DNA of 64,000 nt from Dipteris shenzhenensis (taxonomy: Eukaryota), in the NCBI GenBank assembly GCA_047967505.1, contig CM106538.1. One strand, given 5' to 3'. Position 1 is the stretch's first letter. Each line of letters starts with the position of its first letter. This document shows positions 1 through 13,828 of this stretch, in pieces. The notes under the pieces are model-generated. The model was not told where the DNA came from and searched no databases. It worked only from the letters and a program-made list of their open reading frames with translations. Made by a program: the position numbers and the translations under genes.

Positions 1-1585
1 TCAAGCTTTCCCTCCCCAAAGTTAGGGATAGGAAGCTCATTGGTTGAGGCCTTAAAAGAAACAGCAAACTGAGATACCTTCTTTAAATTTCCAACTGGAT
101 GTAGGGCTTGCTGCCCTTTTTGCTGCAGGCCCTTCTCCTGGACTGCTGACGTGTGTCTTGCCATGTGTGTTGCAGCACTATACCAGGTAGGCCTTCTTGA
201 ACTCTAGATCCTGCTTTCAACCAAGCTGATTTAGATCAGCTTCCTTCAGGAGTGCACTGTGGGTGGACTGATCGGTTGTCTTCAACAACACTCAGTTGGC
301 TCTAATACCATATGAGAGAGTTGATTATGCATGTAATGTTCATACATTAGGGAGAGATAAAAGAGACAACGTAGGTTTTGTATAACACAATCCTATCAGC
401 TAGATTGTCTAAGCTTTTTTTGCTCAGAAATGCTTGTTTGGGAGAGACTAAAATGGAATTGTATAGTCTTCACAAGCAGTTGTAGCTTGAATGAAGACAA
501 CTTTTTGATTAGCCCTTTCCTTTAGTACTAGCCTTTGTCATGGTTGAGTTTGCCCTTCACATCTGGAGTGTGGATATGTATGTCTAAGAGCACATGTTTA
601 TAGTATCGTCTACTCCCACTGTTGGGCATTGATGATGTTGATGGGGATGTCATAGTAGCAAGTCGTTGCTATACATGATGGAGATTATGGGTTTCAACCT
701 TGTGAATGCTTATCATGAGATTGAAACTGCACTATGTGTTGTGTTATCAGAGGATGGATTTGGGCATGGTCCTGGATTCATTTAGATAAAAATAATGTGC
801 TAGAATGCACAATGCCTGAATGCCCTTGCTCTCTTCAGATGATGAAGACGGACAACTCACTTGTGAATGTGATGGAGAGTGACAATGAAGCTCACTTATA
901 TAGCTCATGTGACGGCCAGGGCTAGGCCAACCAGCCCTAGGGGGAAAAGGACCAGCAGCTAACCTGTTCTGCCGATCTGTAGGCAACCTGGAGGTAGATG
1001 TGCCACGTGGCAATTTAGCCACGTCATCAGCTGACTGCCACATCAGCAGCTAGACATCCACATTGAAGTTTTGCAGGGATTGGCAAGGGATTTAAATCTC
1101 TTAATTTAATTCAATCATTTAAATTGATTTAAGCGTTTTTTGGTTACAAAATCTTTAAAAAGTGTCCAATTAACGATTTTATCCCTCAGTGATTGCTTGC
1201 TCAAGCACAATGGCATAGCTCTAGGTTGAGCTTGCAGACGCACATGCTTCTACAGTTGGTATAAGGGAGTTAAAAAAAGCATGCCTTTGTTATGGTTCAT
1301 TCACTCGATTCCCAAGAAAATGTCTGAAAATCTAATTTTGAAATTGATCAAAACATTGTTTATCGATTAGACGCTCTGTTGAGTAGGATTTGTCACTACA
1401 AAGATAATTGTTTCTGTAATCTTGAACATGAACAGATATTTGGTAACTATATTTGTACTAGAGAGACCTTAAAGGATGCTTGATTGTAAGTCCCTGAACT
1501 TCCCAAGAGAGGCACAAGTGTCTCCCAAAATGTCACAGCTGCAGGACTAATAGAACAGGAGTTGATGGAGGTGTTAGCATCTGGT

Positions 1586-1793
1586 GAATTTTAGAGAAAA
1601 ATGGAAGGAGTTTGTGTCCCAATGGAAAATGCTGGTACATATGCTGACTGTATTCATGACATTTCAACACTTTTTTGCATTGGAGTTTGGGGGAGAATTT
1701 TAGAGAAAAATGGAAGGAGTTTGTGTCCCAATGGAAAATGCTGGTACATTTGCTGACTGTATTCATGACATCTCAACATTTTATTGCATTGGT
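1586..1793. repeat. Tandem duplication, ~109-bp unit x2
   Basis: GAATTTTAGAGAAAAATGGAAGGAGTTTGTGTCCCAATGGAAAATGCTGGTACAT... begins at 1586 and again at 1695. Confidence 0.9.
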
Positions 1794-2986
1794 GTCCGGG
1801 GGACTTTTTTTTCTTAAGAAGAGCAGTACAAAAGTCCGGATCTTGAAATGTCTAGATGGCTTGTAACTTACCTCCTCAATAGGGAGAAGATTTGTCTAGA
1901 AGAACTGATCATTTGCTTGGCTAAACCTTCAGCATCTAACTGTGGTTATCCCCTGTGCTGAGCCAAGAAATGTTATGAATGGAGAGTACACATCTCTTGC
2001 ATGATGTTACTCATGGTTGCTTCAAGCAATTGATGGTTTCACATATTTTAGAAGCATTAATCTCAATGCATCTACAGGGAGGGCAAATCTCTGTCTAAGT
2101 TTGACTACTGCCATTGCTGATAAGTGTGGAGTTTGAATCTGGCAGCTCCCATTGGCTTAAGGTAAGTGTTGACCGTCCCAAGCTGCCGTGAACTGCTTGG
2201 CAAAAAGCACTTTGTATCAAATAGCGGCAATCCTCTCTTCCACATAGTTTTTGTTCTCAAACATCATGTACTCATGTAGTCATAAGATCATTGCCCCCCC
2301 TTCCTTCCTCGTCTTTTAAGGCTTTCCCTGGGCACCATTCCCTTTTTGAACAGAGGTTTGATAAAACATAAGGACAATTCAAAAATGTGATGAGTTATAG
2401 CTGAGAATGAATACTGGGCTCGTCTTCTTATTGAATACCATGGGAATGTAAAATTATAATACCACATAATACTGGTCTCGTTGACGATCTTATTCTACTT
2501 CCATGAGAAGGTAAAATTATACAATTTAGAGGACCTTAGACTATTCTAGTTAAACCAGAATCTTTTTAGAGCACAGATAAGGATCAGCAGAAGTCCTTCA
2601 ATCCTCGTTACGTGGCATTACCATGAGCTCTAAACCTGGTATCCTGCATAGAAAGCCAATTCTAGGGGGGTCTATTAAAGCGGTTGTCATTTACTCATTC
2701 AGATAGCCCAGTTGGCCTCGTAACAAAGTTTATGGCTGGGTTTCTGAACCGGTCCTGCCATTCTAAACAGTAGTACGAATGGATTAGATACAGAAAAGGT
2801 GCAAGGTACCTTTTGCATTATACTACTTGACAGAGTTGCGTGTGTTTTACTCTCGCTCAATGTATTCCCTGCCAATTTAAAGCAAGTCGGAAGATGGATC
2901 CCTATCGTTCTCGAATTGTCTTGCATGTTGAATGTGCAAAAATGTTCATGGGGAGTGGAATGCTAACTCGTACTTGTCATTTGCAG

Positions 2987-3282
2987 TGCTTCTTTGGTTG
3001 TTTACAGCAGCCTGCATTAAGACAGGCAGGCCACAGATGGCTAGAAGAGCAATCGAACTTGCTGAACAGAGGTTGTCCAAGGATCATTGGCCTGAATATT
3101 ATGATGGGAAACTAGGTCGGTACATTGGGAAGCAAGCTCGAAAGTTTCAGACGTGGTCAACTGCTGGCTATCTTGTAGCTAAGATGATGCTTGAAGACCC
3201 ATCTCATTTGGGTATGATAGCATTGGAAGAGGACAAGAAGATGAAACCCACTATGACCCGATCTGCATCGTGGACATGCTGA
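2987..3282 (+). CDS. Alkaline/neutral (cytosolic-type, GH100) invertase, last coding exon; upstream exons not seen in window
   Basis: Translates (V)[82 protein letters not shown]...RSASWTC*, the characteristic plant A/N-invertase C-terminus. Preceded by branch-like CTAAC (~2963) and acceptor TTGCAG ending 2986. Confidence 0.93.
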
Positions 3283-3891
3283 GTGACATGAACATAAGAA
3301 GATTTGCATCATGGAAATGCTGACTGGAAGGATACCTAACAATGACTTGGACATTGTAAACTAATTTGAAAGTATGGACTCTTTGGATAAACCAAAGAGA
3401 AGCCTTTGTCCGTGTATTATTATTTACTAGGGGCATATTATAATATAATCCAATGCCATTTGTGTGTCCTTGTCTGCAAATTTTTATCTAGTCTGGTCTC
3501 CTGGTCCTTTCGAAAATGAGTTTTGGTCTGGCTGCATGGATAATTTTGTTGCTAGAAATTGCGTTAAGAAAAGCTTATGTGAATGAAAGGACCAAGTAGT
3601 AATTGCTATGATGTATTGTTAAATAGCCTTCTAAAACTCTTAAAATTTTATGCATAAAAAATTCCAACGGTATCTTTAAGTGCGATGTCTTCCTTTTATT
3701 GTCTCCCACTGTCATGTCTGATGACTCCTGCATTGTGGCCCCCTTGAAGACAGCATTCTCCCTCACGTGGTCACTGTCTTAGCTACTGCCCTGGTTTTTT
3801 GCCTCGTTTACATTGTCTGGAATTGTTGGCCTTCAGGTCGCCCCTTTGTCTATTCTTTTCTCTTTGGTCTGCTGTTGCTTCAATCTTGTTT

Positions 3892-3987
3892 CTTCTTGTT
3901 TCACTGTTCCGTTCATTGCTTGCATTTTCTACGTCTTTTTTCCTACTTCTTGTTTCACTGTTCCGTTCATTGCTTGCATTTTCTACT
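3892..3987. repeat. Short tandem duplication (~54-bp spacing)
   Basis: CTTCTTGTTTCACTGTTCCGTTCATTGCTTGCATTTTCTAC occurs twice. Confidence 0.8.
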
Positions 3988-6900
3988 TCTTTTTTTCTTG
4001 TTGTTTCCATGTATTATAATTTCCCATTCTGTCATCCACTTTTCTGTTTATTTTGTCATTTCAATTTCAGCTGTTTTGTGATTTGTCATTTTTTTTGCTT
4101 GTTAGTGCATCTTATTTGGTTCTAATTGCCACTTCACACTTTTCCTTGCCATTTTGTTTTCCTCTAGGTCTCTGGAGTGAGAATTACTTGGACTTGATGT
4201 CTAGTTTGCCATGTTTCTTCTATGTTTCTTGGGCAAGACAGTATTCTTTGCAACAACTAGCCCTATGGTTGAATAGCAAGCTAGCTTGCTAGCCATTTGA
4301 CCATCGAAAGACCCCCCTAGGGGGCGAGTAAGTTTGATAGTCTAAGGTTTGTGTGGAATTGTTATTTGACAAAAGCGAGACACTGAGTTGTAGTGCATTG
4401 AATGCATTCATGGCATATGCCCATGGTTGGTGGAAAGGAGAAATAATTTGTATGTCCAAATGATATCAAGGTAGGCAAGTCTAAATAGAAGAGTTTTGAA
4501 AAGCTATGGCTATGGTTGTATAAGACCACTCGACCATAGGAGTCAAATCAATGAGTCCAAGTCATCCCAACATATGTGCTTCGCAATTTAAAAGCTCGTT
4601 GGCAAGACAAGTAATTGAGGTTGTCCCTTATCAAATTTTTCAAAGACAAATATCTTTGTGATAGATTTTGTTGTTAATTACTCATTTCAAGAACAAGATG
4701 AAATATACAAATAGCAACACTAGTATTAATAACTATTTTAGTGCATATCACCTACAATCATCTACCTATTTATTCTATGAATGATCTTAGGCAGTTTGCT
4801 TGTTGACTTTAAGGAAAGTTAAGGAAAGTGCAATGAATGTATCATTTTTGCATTTTAGATGATAAGGAACATGACACCTTGCTTGTCTGGCATGCTTTCC
4901 TATGTTGCATGGCTTATAGGGAAAATGACCGAGGTGCAAGGGCTTGCAAGTAGTGACATCGAGAGCAATAAGCGTTGAAGCGTGAGTGGTGGTTGATATC
5001 GGTCAACATGCTAATTGATGCATTATGATTAGGATTGAACCATCTAATTCTAGCCATTGTGGTGGTTGATGTTGGCCAACGTTTTACCCATTGGGATGGC
5101 ATGCATGCCTTAATTTGGCAGCTCTAAATATCATTATGCTTAAGATTGGGCCATCAAATTCTAATTATCATGGTGGATGATGTGGGTCATAGGGTTGGCT
5201 TGGCTTAAAATTTGGATTCCACAACAATTGCATGTGATGTAGCCTTATAGTTTATATGAGAGGCCAATGCACAAGCCCACAGGCCCACTAGTCCACAAGC
5301 TAATGCACTAGCCTGGTATACTAGTCTGGATTGTGCATGTGATACCACCACAACCTTAATGTACTTAAATCTGGTTTGTAATGTGACACGGATACTACAT
5401 TCACCACCATTGACTTCCATCCTTGGTCTCAAGATTCGCAAACAAACGTCACAGGCAAACACATTCAACTGTCGCTGTGAAAGCTGCCCTGTACTCAGCT
5501 TCACATGAGGAAGTAGCCACTGTAGATTGCTTCTTTCTCAGCCAAGAAATGCAAGCTTTGCCCAAAAAGAAACAATTACCACTAGTGGACTAGTCCCCAG
5601 CTCAATCTGAATACTGTAAGCATGCATCTGCAACAAGTCACCCCCCTTGGGAAACATCAAGCCATAAGACTTCATGCCTTGCAAATAACGGAAGATGCAT
5701 CTTACAGCCTACCAATGTGTTGTCTTTGGGCTGTGCATATACCTGCTCACCTGAGATCCTGCATATTGAATATCGGGCCTAGTATTGCACAAATAAATAA
5801 GACATCCAACAGCTTGGCTCTAATGTGTGACATCCACTGATTCACCTGCATCATACATAGTAAGCTTCAGCCCCGGCTCCAAGGGAGTGGCTATAGGCTT
5901 ACAATCATGCATGTTGAACCTATTCAAGAGCTTTTGCACATACTTGGATTGAGACATAACGATGCCACGCTTGTCTTGTATTAACTGGTTCTCCAAATAA
6001 AAATTTAACACGCCCAAATCTGTCATGTCGAATTCAGCTTTCAACTCAGCTTTGAAATCTGCAATTATTTCCTCATTTGACCCTGTGAGCAGCATGTCAT
6101 ATACATAAAGAATGATGACCAAAATATCCCCCCCATCCTTCTTGATGTAGAGGGTGCTTTCCATGGGACTATTATGTAACCCCTTACTTGCCAGGAATGC
6201 ATATATCTTGGCATACCATGCACCTGGGGCTTGTTTTAGCCCATATAAAGCTTTGTTAAGCTTGCAAACTCGAAGTGCATTGCCAAAAAGTTCAAATCCA
6301 GGAGGTTGTTTGACATAAACCTCTTCCTGCAAGTCTCCATTAAGGAAAGCAACTTTGATGTCCAATTGATGGACATTCCAAACAAAATTTGCAGCCATGG
6401 CAATAACTGACCTTATGTTGGTAATCCGGGATGTAGGAGCAAAAGTCTCCTCATAATCTATGCCCTTCTTTTGTGCATAGTCTTTGGCAATCGGCCTTGC
6501 CTTGTACCTGTCAATGGACCCATCTGGCTTCCTTTCACTTTAAAAACACACTTGGTACCAATGGCATGCTTACCTGGTGGCAAATCCACAACATCCCAAG
6601 TCTGATTTTTCTCAATGGACTGCAATTCATTGTGCATGGCATGCATCCAATGCACATTATCCTTGGCTTCTTCAAAAGAGTTAGGTTCTTCTTCATCAAG
6701 AAGAGTATCTGCATAAGCTGTCTCAACTGAAAGAGCTCCCCCTGCATGCCTTACTGCACTACGCGTCTTGCCAGGCAATGGGGCCTCAAGCCTACTCTCC
6801 CTGAGAGTTTGTAGCAACCAATTTGGGACTATTTTTGGCTGCGTGTATCTCTTGAATCTCTTGCCTGACAAGTTCATTCACACCTTGCAGAGGTAAAAAT

Positions 6901-9900
6901 CAGCCTGTGGTTGAATCGAGGCATGTGGATGAGGAGGAGGTTGTTGTAAATTCTGATGTTCAGCAGAGCCTCAGGTGGGGAACCAAATGCTATAGGAAGC
7001 ATCCCCTCAAAAACATCATATGAAGAAGCTATAATTGTAAATTCAGCATGTGTACGTGCTGAATTTTTTGAAAATATAACATCTCTACTCAAAAATTTTG
7101 TGAGAAGCAGGATTGTAGAGACGATAGCATTTTCTTTGTGCACTATACCCAACAAAAATGCATTTAAGTGCCTTATCTGACAACTTATGTCGAAACTCCA
7201 CAGCCACGTGGGCATATGCAACACAACCAAAAACTCTGAAGTGATCCACTGAAGGCTTTCTCGCCATGCCTCATAGGGAGTGATTGTCTTCAAAGCCTTT
7301 GTGGGAGCCTAATTCAACACATAGTTTGCACACATGAGGCCTTCGAGCCAAAACCCATGAGGCAACTTTTTACTGGTAAGCATGCATCTATCCATCTCCA
7401 TAAAAGTGCGATTCTTGCGCTCAGCTTTACCATTTTGCTAAGGTGTAAGCCTCACTGTAAGCTGATGCGTGATGCCTTTCTCCTTAAAAATGCCTCAAAC
7501 TCATGAGACATATACTCTCCCCTCTATTTGTGTGAAGTGTCTGCACCTTGAGTCCTGTCTCATTCTCAACCATAGCCACAAAGTGTTTGAAATGCATAAA
7601 CACTTCTGATTTTGCCTTAAGACCATAGACCCAAGTGTACTTGGTGAACATCTATGAATGTAACATAATAGAGATAACCACCAAAAGCAGGTGTCCTCAT
7701 GGGACCGCAGACATCACTATGAATGAGCTGTAATTTACGTGTAGCTCTCACTACACCGTCCTTTTTAAAAGGAAATCTATGCATCTTGCCAAGGATGCAA
7801 CCTTCACATGCATGAGGAGGAGGTAACTCCAAAGGAGGCAATGCATCAACCATAGCATGCTTTTGAAGTGTCATTAAGCTGCCATAGCTCATGTGCCCAT
7901 ACCTGGCATGCCATAACTCTGCATTTTGCATCTCCCCCATTATATGCATGAAGAGCTAATGCATCTGACATAGCCATGCCTGAATCCCTTTTCTTTTCTT
8001 TAGCTATGCGCTTCTTGCATTCACCAATATAATGATCCGGCTTCTTGCAGTAGTGACAAATGCCCTTCTTTCAAGGCTTATCTGCATCACCCTTAGCCTT
8101 ATAAGAGGGATGTTCTGAATCAACTCTATGCTGATGTGCACACTGATTGGCATGTTGCTTTTGCTACCCTTTTCCCTTGGGCTTAAACTTAGAAAGCATG
8201 GCATGCTCACCAGCCCGTGTTGCCATATTTCTTCGTGTTTGCTCTTCCTACAACAGAAGTCCTACCAACTCATGAAAAGAGAGTGGATTGCTGCCCCCCC
8301 TCAATGACAAATTCAACGAGGTGTGGAAACCAAGATAGGACTCAGGAAGAGAATTCAGAGTGGTGGTAATCATCTCTGAATCTGGAATAACTTCATCAAT
8401 ATTCAGCAACTGCTCCACTCAAATCTTGAAGCTTTGTGAGGTGAGTATTCATGGAATCTCCCTCATCCATATGCATATGAGAAAGCTCTCTCTTCAGGAA
8501 GGAAACTCTGGTATCATTTCTTGGCTGCAAACATACCCTCTAATATCTCCCAAGCTACCTTTGAGGTCTTGCATGACCGAATGTGAGGAATAATGAACCT
8601 CTTGACAGAAAGAGAAATCACTGATAGAGGTTGTGCATCCCTAGAATACCAAATGTGAGAACAAAGAGAGCAAGAGTGAGCAAGAGAGTGAGTTGAACGT
8701 AAGTCTATTGTGGGAGCCACTGGAGTAGCAGCTCCAATTACTTGTGCTGCATTTTGACCTCTACCCCTACCTCTGCCTGTAGGAGTGACAGGTGTAGCCA
8801 CAGAATCTGGCCTCATCGACATAATCCCAAAGATGTCTGCCAATCAAGATGTTGCGAACCATAAAACTCCACAAGGAGTAGTTTGTGCCATCCAACTTAT
8901 CCTCCTGTGTGAGGACTCCAAACACCTCATTGGGGTTGTTTTGAGCCACTTTTGCCAGATAAACTAAAAAACACAGCAAACTCAGCAAGTAAAATCCCTT
9001 CTTGGGATGCAAAATGCACAACCAAAGTCTGTCAAAGAAAATCTGCCCACAATGACAAATATTGCCTATCAAAGGTTTGAAATGCACCACAATGCTCTGC
9101 AAATGTCCAAAAATCTACAAAAAGTGGCAAAAGTCTACAAATTGACTCACATTGAGTCCAAAACTGCCTCAAATGGCTTGTTCACTACCAAATTGCTCTC
9201 TTAACACAAAAGCCCCAAATTCTGCAAGAAATTGCAACCAAAAGAGGACAAATCACCTGAAACCCCCAAAAATGCTTGAAATTGCAATTCATAACCAAAA
9301 GCCCCAATTTTTGGGGTGAAATTGCAAGCGAAAGAGGGCAAATTGACTGAAAGCCCCTAATTTGCAATTTGTCTATCAAAGCCCCAAATGTGCTCAATAC
9401 TTGCTGCACAGAAATTCCTTCTTCAACCCATAACCAAACAATGGCTAGATGCAAAAAAATTACCTGCAATTGGACCTTGCAAGGAGACCCTGCAAGCAAC
9501 CACCTTGCGAGAGTACCCTGCTGAAGAAACCTGCAATAGTCCATACAGTACGGACAGTTGATGGGAGCTATATGATAAAAGTACAGTTGGTTGTACGAAA
9601 GCCGTACGAATGTATGAACGTGCCTACTTGTACGAACGATGTTTGTTGCAAGGCTTCTCGCACATGTGATGTACGGATTGTCTAGTTAGCTGTATGAAAC
9701 GCGCAGGATTTGGTATGAAATGCGAGAGCTAGTAGTACAACACTTCATGGGTAGTGCGAAATCCATACAATCGTATAGAATGTACGAAATGAGCTGCATG
9801 GCGTTGAGCAGTTGTATGGATGGCGGTGCTGAGGCAGTAGATGTACAACAACCTACATGGCTGGCGATGGGAAAACAATATGGCATCTATATGGGTATAC

Positions 9901-10010
9901 AAACGTCGTCAAATCTGGACGGATGGGTAGGAGAGGGAGCAGGAGGTCGAGATTGCGGGCAATGGGCAGTAGAAGCACGGGCAGGGAGAGCTTGTCCAAG
10001 AGCTTAACTT

Positions 10011-10022
10011 GCTCTGATACCA
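10011..10022 (-). other. Primer-binding site (tRNA-iMet type) of copia #1
   Basis: Minus strand reads TGGTATCAGAGC, 2 nt after the ...CA LTR end at 10025. Confidence 0.9.
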
Positions 10023-10024
10023 AA

Positions 10025-10243
10025 TGTGAGAACAAAGAGAGCAAGAGTAAGCAAGAGAGTGTGCTGAACGTAAGTCTACTGAATAGTGGACTGAAATGAA
10101 CTTTGTACAAAAGAGAGGTGAGGGGTTTTGTTTAAGTGGCAAAACCCTATCTTATCCACTAACCGTAGTTAGGGATAAGACTGTGGTTAGGGGGAAAAAC
10201 CTCAAAGAGGGAAAAGTGCCCCTAACCCACTTATTATATTACA
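10025..10243 (-). repeat. 5' LTR of copia #1 (outer end inferred)
   Basis: Abuts the PBS and has TG...CA ends. No partner LTR is available to confirm the 10243 boundary. Confidence 0.6.
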
Positions 10244-10859
10244 TTGGCCTCTGCCTAGAATAAGATAATAATTCTAACAAAAGCATAGGAAGGAGAAGAT
10301 TCAAAAGGTGGTGAGAGAAGCAAACCTTATGAAGCCCACTTGCACTCCAAGAACAACTAGAAGATATTGATAACACACTATTCAAAAATTTTGGGACTTG
10401 TGTAAAGTCCAATTTCAGAATTCGACTAAAGAAAAATAAAAATTGATGAATATTGTGTTAATGCAATTTTTAATGCTAACTTTTAAAACCAAAGTTGAGA
10501 TAATCAAATACTTGATGGGATTACTAAAATAATTCCTTTGATAAATACTGTGCTAGTGATGAATAGTGTGCTACTGTATTTTGTAAAGATAACTTTCAAA
10601 ACCAAAGTTTAGTAAAATAACTAACAAAATGCTTCCAATGATTATTCAAACACTATACTCCTTAATATTAACCAAATATTTGATATGATTAATCTATCTT
10701 AGTAATTTTTTTATAAAAACATTAATAACAAAAGGATAGAATTGTAAGTTACACTACTAAAACCTCAAAGTACTTATGGTGTTAAAAAACACCTTTTAAT
10801 AGTTACAAGAATACATGCATATAATGCCTTTTTATCTCAGAGCCAATGCATATGATGAC

Positions 10860-12865
10860 TCTTTATCTCAAAAGAAACCAAATATGCTGCTTCATGCTTC
10901 ACTTCTTCATCAATACAATTATAATAATAGAAGAGGACCAAAGAATTAGAGATCCTTTATTACAAAGTGGACTATTTTTTCCAAATCTCTTGCGCTTGGT
11001 CTACTAAATGTGGCTTGTAACGACCTCTTCTATAAGACATCTCAATAAATAACTTTACTAGATTATTTTTCTCTAGTTCAATACAATTTTTGTGGTTCTC
11101 GTTTGCTCTCTTTTACTTTCTTTTTTTTTTGGGCAAAGAAATATTTGATTATATTATAATCATATGACAAGTTCCATCTCCCTTACCAATACACAGGCTC
11201 CTGCAGTTGGGTCCAGGCAGCTTTATGGAGGATCAACCACAAGAGAGTGAACATTTTTTTAGGAATCTTTTTTTCCCATATCAAAGAGAATCTAACATCC
11301 CACTTCCTCTCATTATCAAATAGCTTCCATCTGGAGTTGAGAGTGGACATCACCTCTTCTATGCCTTCAGATGGAGTGGGTATGGATAAGAAAGAAGAGA
11401 TACCCACCCCCACCCAGCTAAATTCCTTGGTGTATATTAAAACTCTGCCCCCTTTCCAAGTGAGTTCACTCTCCCAGAGTTGAATTCTATTCATAACCAG
11501 TTCTTGATCAACATTAGTTAACTTGAATTCCCTTTTGATATCCAACCATGACTTCCATTTAAAGTTGTTCTTGTCCCAAGATCCCCCTAATTGTTTAAGC
11601 CTTTATTTGATAATTGCTAGGCTCTTAAAAGGTCCTCATCACATAATTGATGCTTTGTGAAAAATACTGACACCTAGATTGAATCCAAAGCCATGAAGCT
11701 TCCTTTGCCAAAAAGGACTAAGTGGATCTTGATCTATTCAAAAGCACCCCACAATGTTTTCCAGAGCTGACTTCCCTTAGTCATACAAGGCTTAGGATTG
11801 CCAATAGCAGAAAGAAGAGGGAAATTATTCAACTTAGGGGCCCTATAAGGCCTAACATATTTAAAATTTTTAAGAAGTAGGTTACCCCAGTGGCTGTCTA
11901 GGGAAGTGATGGCTTTTACAATCCAAGTAGCAGCTCTTCTTCCTACTAGGTTAGCCTATAGATCTATGAGTCTATCTATTCTCTTCTTGAATCTGTCTAA
12001 AAATTATTCGCATCTGTCCTTAATTTTAACTTTGAATCCCATAGGAATGCCCAACAATCTGAAAATTTGTCCCTGTTGGATATTTTTTGCACCCCAAATG
12101 GTCCAAAAGCATCTGAGAGCCACCTGAGAGCAAGGCATAACGTGTTTTGGTATGATTCATCTTAGATCCTGAAGCCAAGAAAAATTGGTCCACACACTTC
12201 ATTGCACCTTGAATGTCCACATTTGTGTTTCTAATGCTTAATGCTGTCTCATCTGCAAATTGTTGATTAACTAGCTACTTTCTTGAGGGTAGCTCAATTC
12301 CTTTGAGACTGAGTTCATGGGCACTTGATCTTTTATCAGCCACCCCAAGGCATCAGTTGCAATAGCAAATAACAAAGGGGCCAAAGGGCACCCTTATCTT
12401 ATTGGTCCCTTCAAAAAGAAATTTTGAATCATCTCTCCATTTATATAAACTCTGGCTGAGGCATCGGAGAGAAGCAAAGCAACAAAAGAGGTGAACTTTT
12501 CCCCTAGACCCAAATTCCTGAGAGATTGCAGGAGAAAATCCTAGTTCAACCTGCCACCATAAGCCTTGTCAAAATCACTTTTGATAAAGCAAACATCTTG
12601 CTGGGTTTCTTCTGCATGAGTGTACCCCTCCCAAAGATTTATGATTGCCTCTAATAGATGTCTGCCCCTGATAAACCCTTTTCATTCCTAAAGAATCCAA
12701 TTGTCCATCTTGTTCCTCATCCTTAACGCTAGGGATTTGGCAAAAATCTTGTAAGAATAGTTTAACATAGTTAAAGGTCTCCAATTATTTAACACTATCC
12801 TATCGCCATCTTTTGGGACGAGTTTGATAACCCCTCCATTTAGCTGTTGGGGCAGTGTTGTCTCT
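10860..12865 (-). mobile_element. LINE (L1-like) ORF2 fragment: RT domain and C-terminal part, degenerate
   Basis: Minus strand: LPQQLNGGVIKLVPKDGDR...NNWRPLTMLNYSYKIFAK, DFDKAY, GCPLAPLLFAIATD, QFADETAL, with stops and frameshifts. Cut off by the following gypsy-like sequence. Left boundary approximate. Confidence 0.85.
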
Positions 12866-13828
12866 GTGCCAACATGGACTTAGGTAGAACAGAATGTGTG
12901 TGTAGAGTAGCGGCAAAGCTCAGCTTGTACTTGCATAAAGCTAGAAATAATACCTCTTAGAAATCCAACTTGCATGTTCTACATGCAAGTTCTACATGCA
13001 AGTTCTACATGTGAGTTCTAGATGCAACTCCTACATGCAACTCCTATATGCAAGTTCTACATGTGAGTTCTACATGCAACTCCTACATGTCTACATGTGA
13101 GTTCTACATGCGAGTTCTACATGCAACTCCTACATGCAACTTGCAACTCCTACATGCAACTTCTATATGCAAGTTCTACATGTTGAGAGAGAATGTCTTA
13201 CACTTCCTACATGTAGAGAGAGAAGCTCTCCAGCTTGTATAAATACCCCATAATGGAATGAAGCCCACACTCTTTGGGGCATTGTGTTGAGTTCTACTTT
13301 GGTATTCCAAGCAATTGTCTCAAGTGTCCATTCTTCCTTGCACTCCACATCCAAAAGCATGTCCTAACCTTGCAACTCCTCCTCCCCTCTCCTCCAACCT
13401 TGCAACCCATCCTCTCCCTCTATGCCTCCCTCCTCCTCCTCCCTTCTCCTCCTCCCTCCTCCTCCTCCTCCTCCTCCTCCCTCCTCCTCCTCCTCCTCCT
13501 CCTCCCTCCTCCTCCCTTGCTCTTATACCTTCTTCCTCTCCCACTCCTATGCTCCCGCTAAACCCTTAGTTCCTCAACCCTTAACCTCCATGATCTACGA
13601 GGGACGAGTTCTCCACCATGTACTCTACCCTGAACCTTGGAACCTCTTCTAAACTCTGGAACCTCCTTCTAAACTTTGGAACCTTCTTCTAACCCTTGGA
13701 CCTCCTTCTAACCCTTGAACCTCTTCTAAACTCTGGAACCTCTCTCTAAACCTTGGAATCTACTTCTAACCCTTGAAACCTCCTTCTAAACCTTGGAACC
13801 TCCTTCTAAACTTTGAAACCTACCAACA
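12866..13828 (+). repeat. Probable 5' LTR of gypsy #1 with internal tandem arrays
   Basis: Contains a ~13-bp CTACATGCAAGTT/CTACATGCAACTC array (~12970-13180), TATAAATA (~13238), a (CCT)n tract (~13375-13515) and a ~21-bp AACCTTGGAACCTCCTTCTAA array (~13633-13820). Ends ...CCAACA before a TGG-initiated PBS-like stretch. No second copy to confirm. Confidence 0.5.

Larger units (their letters stand above)
5415..10243 (-). mobile_element. Ty1/copia LTR retrotransposon #1, degenerate; 3'-truncated inside RNase H, no 3' LTR found, protease apparently deleted
   Basis: Minus strand: gag (KLDGTNYSLWSF, zinc knuckle CHYCKKPDHYIGEC), LWHARYGH/CEGCILGK, integrase (LIHSDVCGPM), RT (HQLDIKVAFLNG, LYVYDMLL), RNase H start (KKQSTVATSSCEAEY). 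The zinc knuckle runs almost directly into the pre-integrase region near 7980. Left boundary approximate. Confidence 0.9.

Noticed and set aside
1001-1026. Perfect G-box palindrome TGCCACGTGGCA plus GCCACGTCA
   Set aside because: Short motifs in probable intron/MITE-like DNA; function cannot be supported from sequence alone.
12845-12850. TGTTGG as gypsy #1 LTR start (inverted match to CCAACA at 13823)
   Set aside because: Lies within the LINE RT reading (LPQQLNGG), so the LTR must start further right.
13274-13652. Pro/Ser/Gly-rich extensin-like ORFs (also 50617-50893)
   Set aside because: (CCT)n microsatellite translations.
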